A stretch of 64,000 nucleotides of DNA from contig AP026164.1 in assembly GCA_030295235.1 (NCBI GenBank), forward strand, positions 1,860,001 through 1,924,000, given 5' to 3'. A program made the position numbers and the translations under genes. Below are positions 13,605 through 24,408 of this stretch, piece after piece (within the stretch, counting starts at the first letter, position 1; the number at the start of each line of letters is the position of its first letter). The notes under the pieces were generated by a model. That model was given only the letters and a program-made list of their open reading frames with translations. It searched no databases and was not told the DNA's origin. Source of the DNA: Fistulifera solaris. Lineage: Eukaryota.

Positions 13605-14923
13605 CTATCTGCTTTTCGGTATGTACATGCGGACTTTACAACTGATTGGTGAAAAGCGAGGTCTACGGAACTCGCGTATCTTTAAATAAGCTCGCTGAAC
13701 TAGCGTTGCTACCGGATTCCTGGCCCAACTTTCTCCATGTTTCTTTCTACCAATCGCTGTATCGGCTTCATCACGTCTTTTCTTCTCTCTTTGTGCCCAT
13801 AGTTGCAAATCCCTACTATACTTCATGCGACCGAGAGCTGACATCTTTTCGTACATTTGCAAGCGACCCGGATCTATTCGTTTCCAACGTGCCGCTATAA
13901 TGCGTGCTAGTTCTTGAAATCCGGCCTTTCGGTGGGGTTGCTTACGACGCGACTCTTTGATTCCAGAGGATGTGTGTTGATCCACTAAAAAGAACCGCTC
14001 TGTAACATTAATGTCTCTTCCTCAGAAAGCTCTCCAGCGATAATTTTGGCACGTTCGTCTCGAAAGAAGATGTTGTACGCAGAAAGAGGTCGTTTCGGTT
14101 TGGTTTTTGTGCTTTCGCACTCTTGATACGAATCTGATACGGGAAACGGCACAATAGATGGGATGTATGCTTGCGTGATGCCATGTCCAGTATTAAGTGG
14201 ATTTGTGTGATTTGAATTCGGGATTGACGACGCCGCAGCTAGCAATTCAAGAGGATTCTGCTTTTTCGTTTCAAGCAATGAAAGTGACCCATTATCTTGC
14301 CGCCCCACTACTGGACGAGCAGATTTCGTCTTCTCGGGAATAAGCCTCTCGTTACCGACCTGGTTGGCTGGACTATCTTGACTCACACCAGGCGAAAAGT
14401 TCTGCAGTCCCAAATTTGGTTGACGGAGCATGGTGTTGCACGGCATTACGAAATGCTGGGGCTGCATACCCAAAACTTGTGGAATCGCAAACGGCTGATC
14501 GTTGCCTTGTCGTTGGAGCGGTAAAGAAGGCAAAATGATAATGGGACTAGCAGTTGTTACAACCGGATATATTAGCCTTGATAAGTCCGCGGCATTAATC
14601 ACAACCAGCGGCGAAGAGCCATGACTTAAAGGAATAGTCATTCCGGATTGCATCCCGTGAATAGCCGTTGCAAGCTGACCATTTTGTATATCTTGAGACT
14701 GCTGCAAGACCGCTAGAGGGCCTGCTTGGTTAGACACCAATCCAAAGGCATTTGGTGGTAAAGCGCGGATAGCGGCAAGCCGAGATAGCTGCGTTTCAGG
14801 AACATTCTGACCGACCGACCCACCGGTTGTGTTGCCTCTTGGTTGATTAAGAATCGCGCGCATGTCGTTATCCAAATGGAGCCTCGCTTGCAACTCCATC
14901 TGCTGCCATGCTAACGGGTCCAT
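13605..14923 (-). CDS. HMG-box transcription factor with Q/P-rich N-terminus
   Basis: KPKRPLSAYNIFFRDER...GFQELARIIAARWKRID...KYSRDL is an HMG box with a long insertion. The two ORFs rejoin if one T is added to the T-run at ~13987. True 3' end uncertain. Confidence 0.85.
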
Positions 14924-15919
14924 CGTGTGGTGATTAGAAAGTATTGATTCAGAAAGAAAAATTTACCGAGACAAATTGTTAAAGCTGTATCGCGAAGCGG
15001 GAGTTTATGGGAAACAGGAAAACTGTTAGTTTGCTTCTCACAATCTTTCCTTTCAAAGTAAGAAGTAGGATGAACGATTGGATTAGAGGTTCTGAAATAC
15101 AAGTTACCCCGAGATATACCAGCATGCAGCACATTGCGTTTTGCGTGATATAATTATTAGTGGTGTTGCCGTGTTGCTCGGTGGTTGAATAGGGGAAAAA
15201 AGTTACGGCCACTTTCACTATACCAGTACGGAGTATTTCAGATGACACGCGTATATTCTTTGAATGGAGGTTGCCCAATCATAATCACTGATTACAATTA
15301 TGGATCAAGACTCTACATAGTTGTATGAAGTAAGTGTGCTGTTTTAGGAGAAAACCGTACTATCGAGCAAAATATGAAATCAGAAATAAAACTATCAACA
15401 TTATTGTATTATGCTTTCTACTTAGTACTATTCATTCCACAAAACACTCGACTCAAGATCTCAAGATTCAAGATTGATTGCGGTGTACTACTACCGATAC
15501 AATGATGCAATAATGCGATTACATGATGTAAATAAGAATGTCCGTGATGGGTAGCTGCATTGGCCTACGGCTCCTCCCTAACCTTTTCTGTCTCCATGAG
15601 TTGTTGACGTCACCTCCACGTTATTAGTCCTGGAAGCACGGGAATAAGCGAAGGTTTCAGACTTGCAGGAATCTTCGTTGTTCCTAGCGAATCCTTTCGG
15701 ATCCACTTGTCAAATAGAATAACTCACCTTTACCTCATAATTTTCATTTCGCAATTGTCCTTATCGTAGTAGCGCACGGCAGTAACCACCAGGTACGTCA
15801 GCACTCTCGGGACTCCTCTCACGAATGGACCTGGCCACTCTCGACGACTCCTCTCGACTCTCTCACATCTCGGACCTGCCCGAGATGGAACACCAGTATA
15901 GATTATAGAATAGTAAAGT

Positions 15920-15981
15920 TTACTCCTAATTTCCTTAAGTCAGAATGCAAATTTGACATTCGTCTGAATTTTCCATTGTTC
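15920..15981 (-). mobile_element. Short remnant of the 3' end of a related non-LTR retrotransposon
   Basis: TTACTCCTAATTTCCTTAAGTCAGAATGCAAATTTGACATTCGTCTGAATTTTCCA aligns with TTATTCCTAATTTTTTAATTGTCAGAATCTAATCTTGACATTCGACTGAATTTTCCA (24161-24217). On the minus strand it is followed by a TATTCTATAATCTATA simple tail. Confidence 0.6.
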
Positions 15982-16317
15982 TTTTTTGTTTTCTTTGGCT
16001 TGGCTTGTGGTCCTTCGAAGCTCCGATTCCTGAATCACTGTACCACAGTTAGTAGTAAAGTGACAAACCTGCACCGATTCCCAGTGCGAAAAAAACGATG
16101 TTTTCTTATGATTATTTATGATTGATGATTGATGATACTGGCATCTACAAGGTAGAGATTCATGACACTGGTACCGGTACCCGGTACCCGGTACAAGCGT
16201 TTCATCATGATTGATGTTTATTGTTTATTGATAACTCGACAACTTCGTATTTCTTATTGTAAAGCAGCTCTTTCGTTTCTAAAGAAATCTCAAGACACCG
16301 GTACCAAGTAATTGATC

Positions 16318-17036
16318 ATGTTTCTCCGAGAATCCTTCTCTCTGTTGTTTTTCTTGTTGCCTACTCTCGCCCTCACGAATCATCTTCACTTTCGGGTAAA
16401 GCGTTCCAGTTCACTTGCCGCTACTCTTCTTTCGACGCGGAATGAGCTGGTTTGTGATATTGACAAAGCATTGTCTCGCAACCAGAACCCGGATTCTCTC
16501 TTGCAGCGTCTTGAAAATCTAAATAAATTGGACGCCCCGAATCGATCTCCCCAACACGCCGGGTTATGGTATGTGTGGTACACCGATTGCCCGCCACCGT
16601 CGAACGGAAAGCTCGGTCCCTTCTCCGGATCCTCCCAACAATTTATTTCCCCAGAAGGAAATGGTTACCAGAACCTATTAGATGTTAATGGCTGGTTGAC
16701 AGCCACATTAGATGGTATATGGGAAGAATGGGACGGTCGGTTACTTGAAGAAAGTTTGATGGATGAAGAAAGTGACACAAAGAACCTTTTCGTGATTGGG
16801 GTGCCAATCACTGGAAAGTGACATTTATCAGGCTGCAAATCGCTTTGTTTGGCTTGCCTATATTCACACAAACGTTTCCTGCGAAAACCTCTCGGATCTG
16901 GCGAACTACGTTTCTCGACGACGACATACGCATTGTTCGAGCCGGAAAAACAGGCCGACGGGAAGATGAATCCGTCTTTTATACCAAGCGCACACCACCA
17001 CTCGACGGAAAGGTTGCATCGCCATCGAATGAATAG
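16318..17036 (+). CDS. PAP/fibrillin-like (plastid lipid-associated) protein
   Basis: Signal peptide. 'LLQRLENLN..P..SP...GLWYVWYT' and C-terminal 'WRTTFLDDDIRIVRAG' fibrillin-type motifs. Frameshift near 16780 joins ORFs 16312-16821 and 16818-17036. Confidence 0.65.
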
Positions 17037-17081
17037 CATCCAAATGTTATGAATTATTTTTAGTTTGAAAGATACTTTCTG

Positions 17082-17864
17082 TCATGTGGTGCGAAGATCA
17101 AGAGGTCTCGAAGGATTGATCAGGTCATTTCGCACTTGCACGACTATCAGTCCTCGTCGTTCCCAATTTCCGGCCGTGCTTTCTGTATCCTGCGGACTGA
17201 CAAATATGCGTAGATCGGAATCACCATACAGTACGCGTAGCACAGATGATCCCTGAATGGGTAATCTCCAAACGAACGACCCCAGATGCAACGACACCTG
17301 CGTCACCGTTACCATGTAATCGTCAGGACACTCTTTTCTTAGTGACAATTGCTGTCCAAAACTCATCCAAGGAAAAGGTGCTCTGTTCGACTTTTGCATG
17401 GCCGTTGCCTGAAAGGTTCCTTCCGCACGTAAATGTACGCTGGGTCCAAACAGTTCACTATAATTTACAACTCGCAGTGCTTCTCCGTCGTCAAAATACT
17501 GCTGACCCGCAATGGTAAGTTCCGGAACAAGCGAAAGACGTTTCCAAAGTGGTGGTGATTGATCAGGGAGTACAATGCTGCAGAAAAATGGACCCAACAA
17601 AGATTCGTTTGGGTCGTACGTGTGTCGCTTGGATGACAACAAGTCTTGCACTAAAAAACTCAATGCATCCTTCCGATTCTCCAATATTGCATCCAGTAGG
17701 CTGTCACGACTAGACAGTGCGACCGAGGATGAGGTGGCTAGGTCTAGAGTCGTTTGAGAGAGTTTTGATTGTTGCTTGAGTTGGAAAGCAAAGCTCATTG
17801 CAACACACAATGAGCTGAAAAGGACGGTGCTAGATAATCTCACAGGTCTCATTTTTTCAATCAT
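17082..17864 (-). CDS. Putative plastid-targeted PAP/fibrillin-like protein
   Basis: 260-aa ORF with signal peptide 'AMS-FAF' and C-terminal 'LRVLYGDSDLRIFVS', resembling the fibrillin terminal strand motif. Confidence 0.45.
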   Translation of the reverse strand: MIEKMRPVRLSSTVLFSSLCVAMSFAFQLKQQSKLSQTTLDLATSSSVALSSRDSLLDAILENRKDALSFLVQDLLSSKRHTYDPNESLLGPFFCSIVLPDQSPPLWKRLSLVPELTIAGQQYFDDGEALRVVNYSELFGPSVHLRAEGTFQATAMQKSNRAPFPWMSFGQQLSLRKECPDDYMVTVTQVSLHLGSFVWRLPIQGSSVLRVLYGDSDLRIFVSPQDTESTAGNWERRGLIVVQVRNDLINPSRPLDLRTT

Positions 17865-18286
17865 TGAAAGAACCCTGATTTGGTCTTGTCAACAAGTGCG
17901 TAGTCAAATTGTGATAAAGGTACTCTGTGATTTCCGTGAATGCAAGGGATGTTAATGAATTTTAAATGAAGTAGCGACGATAGAGTTGTTTGAGATTCCT
18001 TCATTCGATTTTCATTATTGCCCGTTTTTGATTGCGTCGAAAGTCGTACCTGCCAGGTACTGTACCACGGTTAATTAAAAGGTCGGAAAAAAAATGAAGG
18101 TTCAAAAGCGGATGTTATCGCACCGGTTAAGATTTACTGGATCCGGGACCCATTCACGTTTTGCAAGCAACGATTGTTCATGCGACAATCGACGTCGAGG
18201 TCGTTGCCATTTCACTGTGAGGATGCAACAAATCAGTCCGAATTAGCTACTACCTAACTACCTCTACAACACAAACTAGCCGTATC

Positions 18287-19516
18287 ATGACTAAATTCTT
18301 CTTACTAACCGGAGATATCGGGGGAACTAATTCCCGAATTTCCTTGTACGATCCGGCGATCAAAGAGCCGCTCTTCGTCCATTTCTTCCGGAATGCGGAA
18401 CACTTGCCAGAAAAAAGTCTCAGCGATCCAAATGCATTCGCTCAGAACATTCTAACGCCCTTTCTAAGAGATCATTGCGGATCGATCTTCGAGACGGGTG
18501 AATCTATTGCCATCATCGCCTGCTTGGCATCCGCTGGTCTGGTTCAAGGCAATGCCGTCCGACTCACCAATTTGGGCAATTTACTCATTGATGGCAACGC
18601 CATAGCATCATCGACGACGAACCGTTACCTCAAAAGTATTGTATCGTGCCGAATCGTGAATGACTTTGTGGCACAAGGATATGGCTGCTTGACGCTCACG
18701 CAGGATGAAGTCGTTTACCTTTCGGGGCCCTTTGATAATCTTCAAGATTTGCCCGAAGGTCCCAAAGTTTGCGTCGGAGCAGGTACCGGCCTAGGAGAGT
18801 GCTACTTGACACCCTCTTCGGCTGGTTATGTATGTTACCCTAGTGAGGGAGGGCACGTCGAATACGCTCCTCGATCGGAATTACAGCAGAAGCTATGGTC
18901 CTTCTTGTGCAAGAAATTCCAGATCTCGCGTGTGTCCGTGGAGAGAGTTGTCAGTGGCACAGGACTCGTCAATGTATACGAATTTCTCACCAGCACGTTT
19001 TACGATAAAATCGATATGACGCTTCACAAGGAGTTTGAAAAGACCGACCCCGACCAACGCGCCCGTGTGGTGGCCACGGGTGCTCACAACGATTCCCTAC
19101 TCGCCAAACAGGCCATGCAAATTCTCATGCAAGCGTACGGTGCCGAAGTCGGTTCCTCGGCAATCAAGTGGATACCACATGGCGGATTGTTTGTGACCGG
19201 AGGTTTGACGCCGAAGAATCTTTCGTTTGTGAAAGGACCCGATTTTATGGAAGCTTTTCGTGACAAAGGCCGAGTATCACCTTTATTGGAGAAAGTTCCA
19301 TTATTTGCTGTGTTAGGAGAGGATCTGGGTATTCGTGGGGTCCACAAGGTCGCTTTGCAAGAGTATGAGCAGAGCCAAGGAAGAATGCCTGCAAAAACTG
19401 ATGCTGCGTCTCGTGTTCCTTGGATGTCCTATGCCTTGGTTGGGTTACTGGGTGCTGCCTCAGGGATTCTCCTCTCAAGAACCCATTTTTCAAAGAAAAT
19501 CTTATCCTTCAAATAA
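18287..19516 (+). CDS. GLK: Glucokinase (bacterial Glk type) with C-terminal hydrophobic tail
   Basis: GDIGGTN, TNL, VNDFVAQGYG, GAGTGLG, SEGGH, SVERVVSG, GGLFVTGG and FRDKGR motifs. C-terminal WMSYALVGLLGAASGILLS followed by basic residues. Confidence 0.92.
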   Translation: MTKFFLLTGDIGGTNSRISLYDPAIKEPLFVHFFRNAEHLPEKSLSDPNAFAQNILTPFLRDHCGSIFETGESIAIIACLASAGLVQGNAVRLTNLGNLLIDGNAIASSTTNRYLKSIVSCRIVNDFVAQGYGCLTLTQDEVVYLSGPFDNLQDLPEGPKVCVGAGTGLGECYLTPSSAGYVCYPSEGGHVEYAPRSELQQKLWSFLCKKFQISRVSVERVVSGTGLVNVYEFLTSTFYDKIDMTLHKEFEKTDPDQRARVVATGAHNDSLLAKQAMQILMQAYGAEVGSSAIKWIPHGGLFVTGGLTPKNLSFVKGPDFMEAFRDKGRVSPLLEKVPLFAVLGEDLGIRGVHKVALQEYEQSQGRMPAKTDAASRVPWMSYALVGLLGAASGILLSRTHFSKKILSFK

Positions 19517-19572
19517 AAAATTATTCGTTATCTAATTTTTCAATTCATTCTTAATCGTCACCATCAAAATCA

Positions 19573-20025
19573 CTACCACTCTAGGGTTTGCGGGCCGCTC
19601 TTCTGATCGCGAGCGATAGTTGCCTCTTTCATAACTTTTTCCAAGGACAACATAGGCAAGCCAAATTGAGTCGCAACTACTTTGAACCGTGCCCGCACAC
19701 GCTGCATTTGTTCTTGCACCGTTTTCGTTTCTTCTGAATAGCTTTTTTGCAACACTTTGTCAGGGTCAGGAAAGTCTGCCAGAGCCTGATGTAACGAATC
19801 CAGGTTCTTCTTTTCATTTTCGCTGCAGCTATTTTCACTTAAAATCTGTGCGCATCCCTGAATGAACCCCAGTTCCATACTATAATCAATAGCGGTAGTT
19901 CGTCCCAGTTGGTAGCCTTCCTGGAAACCATGCAAGAGGCCATCCTTTGTGCCTTCGTCTCGTCCTTCTTGCTGATAAGCCGTTACGAAACGATCCGTAT
20001 CCAACCAGTCGTCATTATCCGTCAT
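19573..20025 (-). CDS. LTO1: LTO1/ORAOV1-like Fe-S (CIA) adaptor, Yae1_N domain
   Basis: GxxxG repeat 'EGRDEGTKDGLLHGFQEGYQLG...ELGFIQG', 'RARFK' and C-terminal L-E-W matching the [LIM]-[DES]-[WF] CIA targeting signal. Confidence 0.75.
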   Translation of the reverse strand: MTDNDDWLDTDRFVTAYQQEGRDEGTKDGLLHGFQEGYQLGRTTAIDYSMELGFIQGCAQILSENSCSENEKKNLDSLHQALADFPDPDKVLQKSYSEETKTVQEQMQRVRARFKVVATQFGLPMLSLEKVMKEATIARDQKSGPQTLEW

Positions 20026-20697
20026 CGAATGCGGCTTGGTAACGTGTCAAATTCTCTATGCGATGATGTACCAGTATTTGGCAAAGTGTTGCCTATGGTA
20101 TTGCTTTTGTTGTTGCTAAGGTTGTAGAGTTGTGAAGGATAACAAACGAATGAATTATTGGGAGCATGATAGCAAACTTTTCTTCATTTTACGTGATACA
20201 CAATAGGGGTGTGTCCGAGCGGTGAGAATAGCCGTAATATCGACCATTGAATCCCGATCCGTATCTCTCGTCTGGATCTAAAGCTAGAATATCGTGTTGG
20301 CACTTGGCACTCGAATGTGTCCAGTGTCTAAACGAGCGGACTTTCCCTTGGATTAACTTGTCGTTGTCTTAAGCATTTCTTTTAGCTATTCCTATGCATG
20401 TGACATGCGACCCATCGAGCGGGAGTCAACGGACATTTTCACTTCATTTAGTATAAATATCAATAAGTTACGTAGATGAAGCTTGAACCATGGCGAGTTT
20501 GTAATTCCAACAGCTCATCGAGTCCAAAAATGCTGTAAACTTTAGTAAATGACAAGGGCAAGGCTTCGATCACAGGTATCACTACTTATGAACAAGTTCC
20601 TCAGCATATTATGATATGACCCCATACAAGAAAGCGATTTATAGATCATCCAATGATCATGGATACTCGCAAAGCGAGGTCTCACATAATGATTTGA

Positions 20698-21363
20698 TCA
20701 CCGTTTTAAATTGTTTAGTCGAGCTTCCAAATCGGAAAGTGCTGGATCGTCCGACGCACCAGCAGCAACTGCTACTTTACCAGATTCACTCTCTGCGTGA
20801 CTTATCGTACCCGCAGCTGCCTCCGGTAATTCTTCTCCAAATGATATTCCTATTTCATCCAGAACTTGATTCACGACACGATCTTCTTCCTCTTCAGCTG
20901 TTTCGTCTGCCATTGCATCATCGATAGCATCTCCCATGGCTTCCTGCATCATTTCAGTTCGGGCGTTCTCTCGTTCGAAGTCAGCTAACATTTTTGTTAT
21001 AGTCTGCACATTGACGGCTTTATTCATTTTTGCCATGGCTTTTGCTGTACTTTGCATTGCTGACGCCATGGCTTCATGCGATTTGAGTGTTTGCAGCTTG
21101 AGAGCGACTCCCTGCAAATGACTCCGCATTTCAACGAACTTTGCTACATGCTGACGTGTCCGGACTAAGTCTTTGGCTAAAATCTTCACAGTTGTCATCT
21201 GGTTCTCCCGAGCAGCTTTCTTAATTTCCATCGTTAAACGTTTCTCTTCCTTTTCCAATTGGGCTTTCTCGCGGTCAAGCTCACGGACGGCACGAGTGAT
21301 CATACGCTTGTTCTCGCGCAGTACCTCTTTGAGCGGTTTATCCCTACCCAATAAATTTCCCAT
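20698..21363 (-). CDS. VPS2: ESCRT-III subunit Vps2/CHMP2 (Snf7 family)
   Basis: RAVRELDRE, KILAKDLVRTR, QVLDEIGI and C-terminal MIM 'DLEARLNNLKR'. Confidence 0.93.
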   Translation of the reverse strand: MGNLLGRDKPLKEVLRENKRMITRAVRELDREKAQLEKEEKRLTMEIKKAARENQMTTVKILAKDLVRTRQHVAKFVEMRSHLQGVALKLQTLKSHEAMASAMQSTAKAMAKMNKAVNVQTITKMLADFERENARTEMMQEAMGDAIDDAMADETAEEEEDRVVNQVLDEIGISFGEELPEAAAGTISHAESESGKVAVAAGASDDPALSDLEARLNNLKR

Positions 21364-21980
21364 ATTTTTGACAGGGTGGAGAAAACTTGTTTATTGCAGT
21401 TTATTGGAAGATAGTCGACTTGCCTAATTCGAATCGATTATCATTTTTTTGGGCCGTTTTTTACAGCGGCATCGCGAAACCCAACGGAACGTTTTGGCTT
21501 TCGAAAACAAGCACGATAGACACCGTCTGCTTTCTAGGTCGTGCAGCAGTTACACTACGGTTAAGCGTTAAGCAGTGGTAATCGCGCATCGCGCGGCAGG
21601 CGGCAGGCGCCTGATGAGTGGCGCAGTTGATATAGCCTCAACCTTAACTGTCGCACATTAAAACCAAAACACGAAGAAAGCTACCGTACCTTCAAGGTAC
21701 CGGTACCGGTACCAGGTACGGTAGAATAGACAACGAACCCCCCCCCCTTCTTGTTCGCAGCATTCAACATGTCAGAATTTCAATAGCCCCTTGCCAAGTC
21801 TCGTCTGGCATTCTACCGTCACTTTCGCCTTCACCCCATTCGATCTCCGTTCTTTGTCGGAAAGAAACTGGAGAAGGACACGAAGAACACAACGGCGTTG
21901 ATCGTCGAATTCGTTGCAACTTGCAATCCATTCTTTTCCACCTTTCTTGTAAATACAAACTTGTCGACAGCTTTGACATC

Positions 21981-23567
21981 ATGGATACTTTTGATGTTGA
22001 CCTGTTTGCGAAGTACCTTCTAAATGATAATATCGGAGAAACGAACGGGGGCGCCCCGTTCGACTTCAGGTACGTTGAAGTCTTCCAGCCGAAGCCTAAA
22101 CGTGAACTCGCGATACGCATCTGCCAAGGATGTAAGCACAAAATCATGACCTGTATCCTAATTAATGCCTCACTTTCACGATAAAGCAACTACGGTGATG
22201 ACAGCGACGATCTGCTATCCGAGGATAATGCGGACGACGATTATTTAGCCCCGAATGACTCCAGAACTTCTCAGCTATCCGATGACACGTTTCCACAATC
22301 CATTGTCAGCACGTCACTAATTCAGCCAACTAACTCGATGGTAGCGTACAATCTGATCAATCCTCCAGCTGCCACAGGCGTTGCTCTCAGCAAAGCTGCC
22401 TTCCAGACGACTGCTTACAATCCTGATGGCACCACCAGCGTTCCATTGTTTCACTCATCCGTGCTCGGCGACGCTAGTCTTGGTGCGTTTAACTACTTTG
22501 TCACATTACCATCAGTTACAGCAACAACTGTAGACACAAAGGCACCAGAAACAGAGCTTTTTTCTTTGCTGTCGTCTCAGGCGCCAACTCTCGGCGTGTC
22601 AAGGATGCCAGCGCCAACCAACGTGACGACATTTCCAAAAGCTACCGAGCCGAAACCTAGCAAAAAGCGAACAGCTCCCGTCGACGCTTTTGAATTTCTG
22701 ATGCAACAGCAGGAACAAGAGGATGACGATAATGAGGAGGAGGTTTCGGAAGATGAGCCGGAAGAAAGGACACCGACGGGTCGACCTAAGAAAAAGAAAT
22801 CAATCGTGCAGAAGGAGCGTCGGCGTGAGCGAAATCGACTCCTTGCTAAGAAGACACGTGAGAAAAAGAGAGACTATTTGGAAACATTGCAGATGGAGGT
22901 CCTTGCATTACAGCGAGAGAACTACAAACTTCGAGACCTGGTCAAGTCGGAGGTCGTGAATCCGGAAGAAATATTACAGGGCTGTAACGCTTTAGAAAGT
23001 GTGCCTGAGTCTGTACTGGATGCATGTAAGGAAATGGAGCAAGCAGACCCCGAACATCTATTCGACATGGCGACTCGAATAAAGACTTCGCAGCACGCTT
23101 TCATCATTACTGATCCCAGTTTGCCGGACAACCCCATTGTTTTCGCATCAGGGGATTTCCTAAAACTTACCGGATATGATCGCTCGCAAGTTCTTGGGCG
23201 CAATTGTCGCTTTCTACAAGGCCCGCACACGAACAGCGCCAAAATTGAGGCAATAAGGACCGCGTTAGCGACCGGCGAAGACGTGAGTGTTACTTTACTC
23301 AATTACCGCGCAGACGCGACTCCCTTTTGGAACCAGCTCTTCATTGCCGCGTTGCGGAATGCTAATAGTGAAATTGTCAATTACATGGGCGTCATCGTGG
23401 AGGTGACCGGCCCAGCACCAGGCGACCCCGAGCACGGTAAAGCATTACCGAGCAGGGTAGCCGAGCTAACGCGGCACCGGACATTGACACAGCAGCCGTC
23501 GGTTAATCTGCTCCCAGTTCACATTCAGCTCGGTTCATCTTTCTATTTCGTGCAGTACAAAATCTGA
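21981..23567 (+). CDS. AUREO: Aureochrome (bZIP-LOV blue-light transcription factor), AUREO2-like
   Basis: Exon 1 21981-22069, phase-2 intron 22070-22186, exon 2 in frame with ORF 22338-23567. bZIP ERRRERNRLLAKKTREKK; LOV ITDPSLPDNPIVFAS..GRNCRFLQG..LNYR..FWN. C-terminal tail may be frameshifted. Confidence 0.92.
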
Positions 23568-23951
23568 ATGAGTCGGAGCCTCGTAATGCATTTAACCAAA
23601 TGTGTTAATAATAAATAGAAACAGAAAATTGTTCTAAGGGCGTTTTGTTGGACTCTATCAACCTTTAGCAACTAATCGAATTTGATGACGGCTGTCAACA
23701 CATCGACTTACCAACCCAGAATCTCGCTACTAGACCTAGTTAGCTGAGATGCTTGCGGCCTCTCCCAATACACTGAATTCGACGAGCAACTCCGCGAGGC
23801 GCCTACTTTAAGAGGAACGAAAAATTTCTATTTCTCTGGTTCCAGTTTCAGATTCCTCCTTTTAGATCATCGGGTACGGCAAAATTATGGTGAACTAAGT
23901 GTTTGGCGCGTGGTGCGTGGTGTTGTTGGCTTCATACAAAGTAGGCAAGCA

Positions 23952-24032
23952 GGGAACGGCGTTAAGATTCTACCTCTTCGTAGACGCTACGTAGAACCTT
24001 GTACTGGGAGGCAGAATTTTAACGTTTTTCCC
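23952..24032. repeat. Dispersed hairpin/inverted-repeat element, copy 1
   Basis: 25-bp arms GGGAACGGCGTTAAGATTCTACCTC (23952-23976) and GAGGCAGAATTTTAACGTTTTTCCC (24008-24032), 20/25 complementary. Homologous in reverse orientation to 36439-36542. Confidence 0.7.
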
Positions 24033-24123
24033 AGGGGCAAGGCAGATTCGATGTGGTGATGAGCTAATTAAGAGTTAATTACTTCGGGTGTTTTGTGTTT
24101 AGTGAGAGAAAAGGGCTGTAGAA

Positions 24124-24408
24124 TTTTTTTTTTTATTTTTTATTTTTTTACATATATATTTTATTCCTAATTTTTTAATTGTCAGAATCTAATCTTGACA
24201 TTCGACTGAATTTTCCACTTTTCATTCACATATATTTCAGTCTGACACTTCAATGAGTAAGCTTTGGTTCTAACTCCCTAGCCTTAGTGCGCTAGTAGAG
24301 GGCCAGTCCCGAGCCCGTTTCCCAATGAGGGGGATTCCGTTTTGGCATTCCTTCTCTTGGATTTCGCAGAAGCATACTAACTGACCTGACCAGGGAAAGA
24401 CTCATGCG
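24124..24408 (-). repeat. Inverted copy of retrotransposon 3' end (ORF end + 3' UTR + poly(A))
   Basis: Reverse complement of 26092-26377, nearly identical. Interrupted poly(T) at 24124-24149. Confidence 0.95.

Noticed and set aside
21608..21660. CTGATGAG followed by a hairpin (possible hammerhead ribozyme)
   Set aside because: No GAAA directly after the putative stem II and no stem I/III with a cleavage triplet found.
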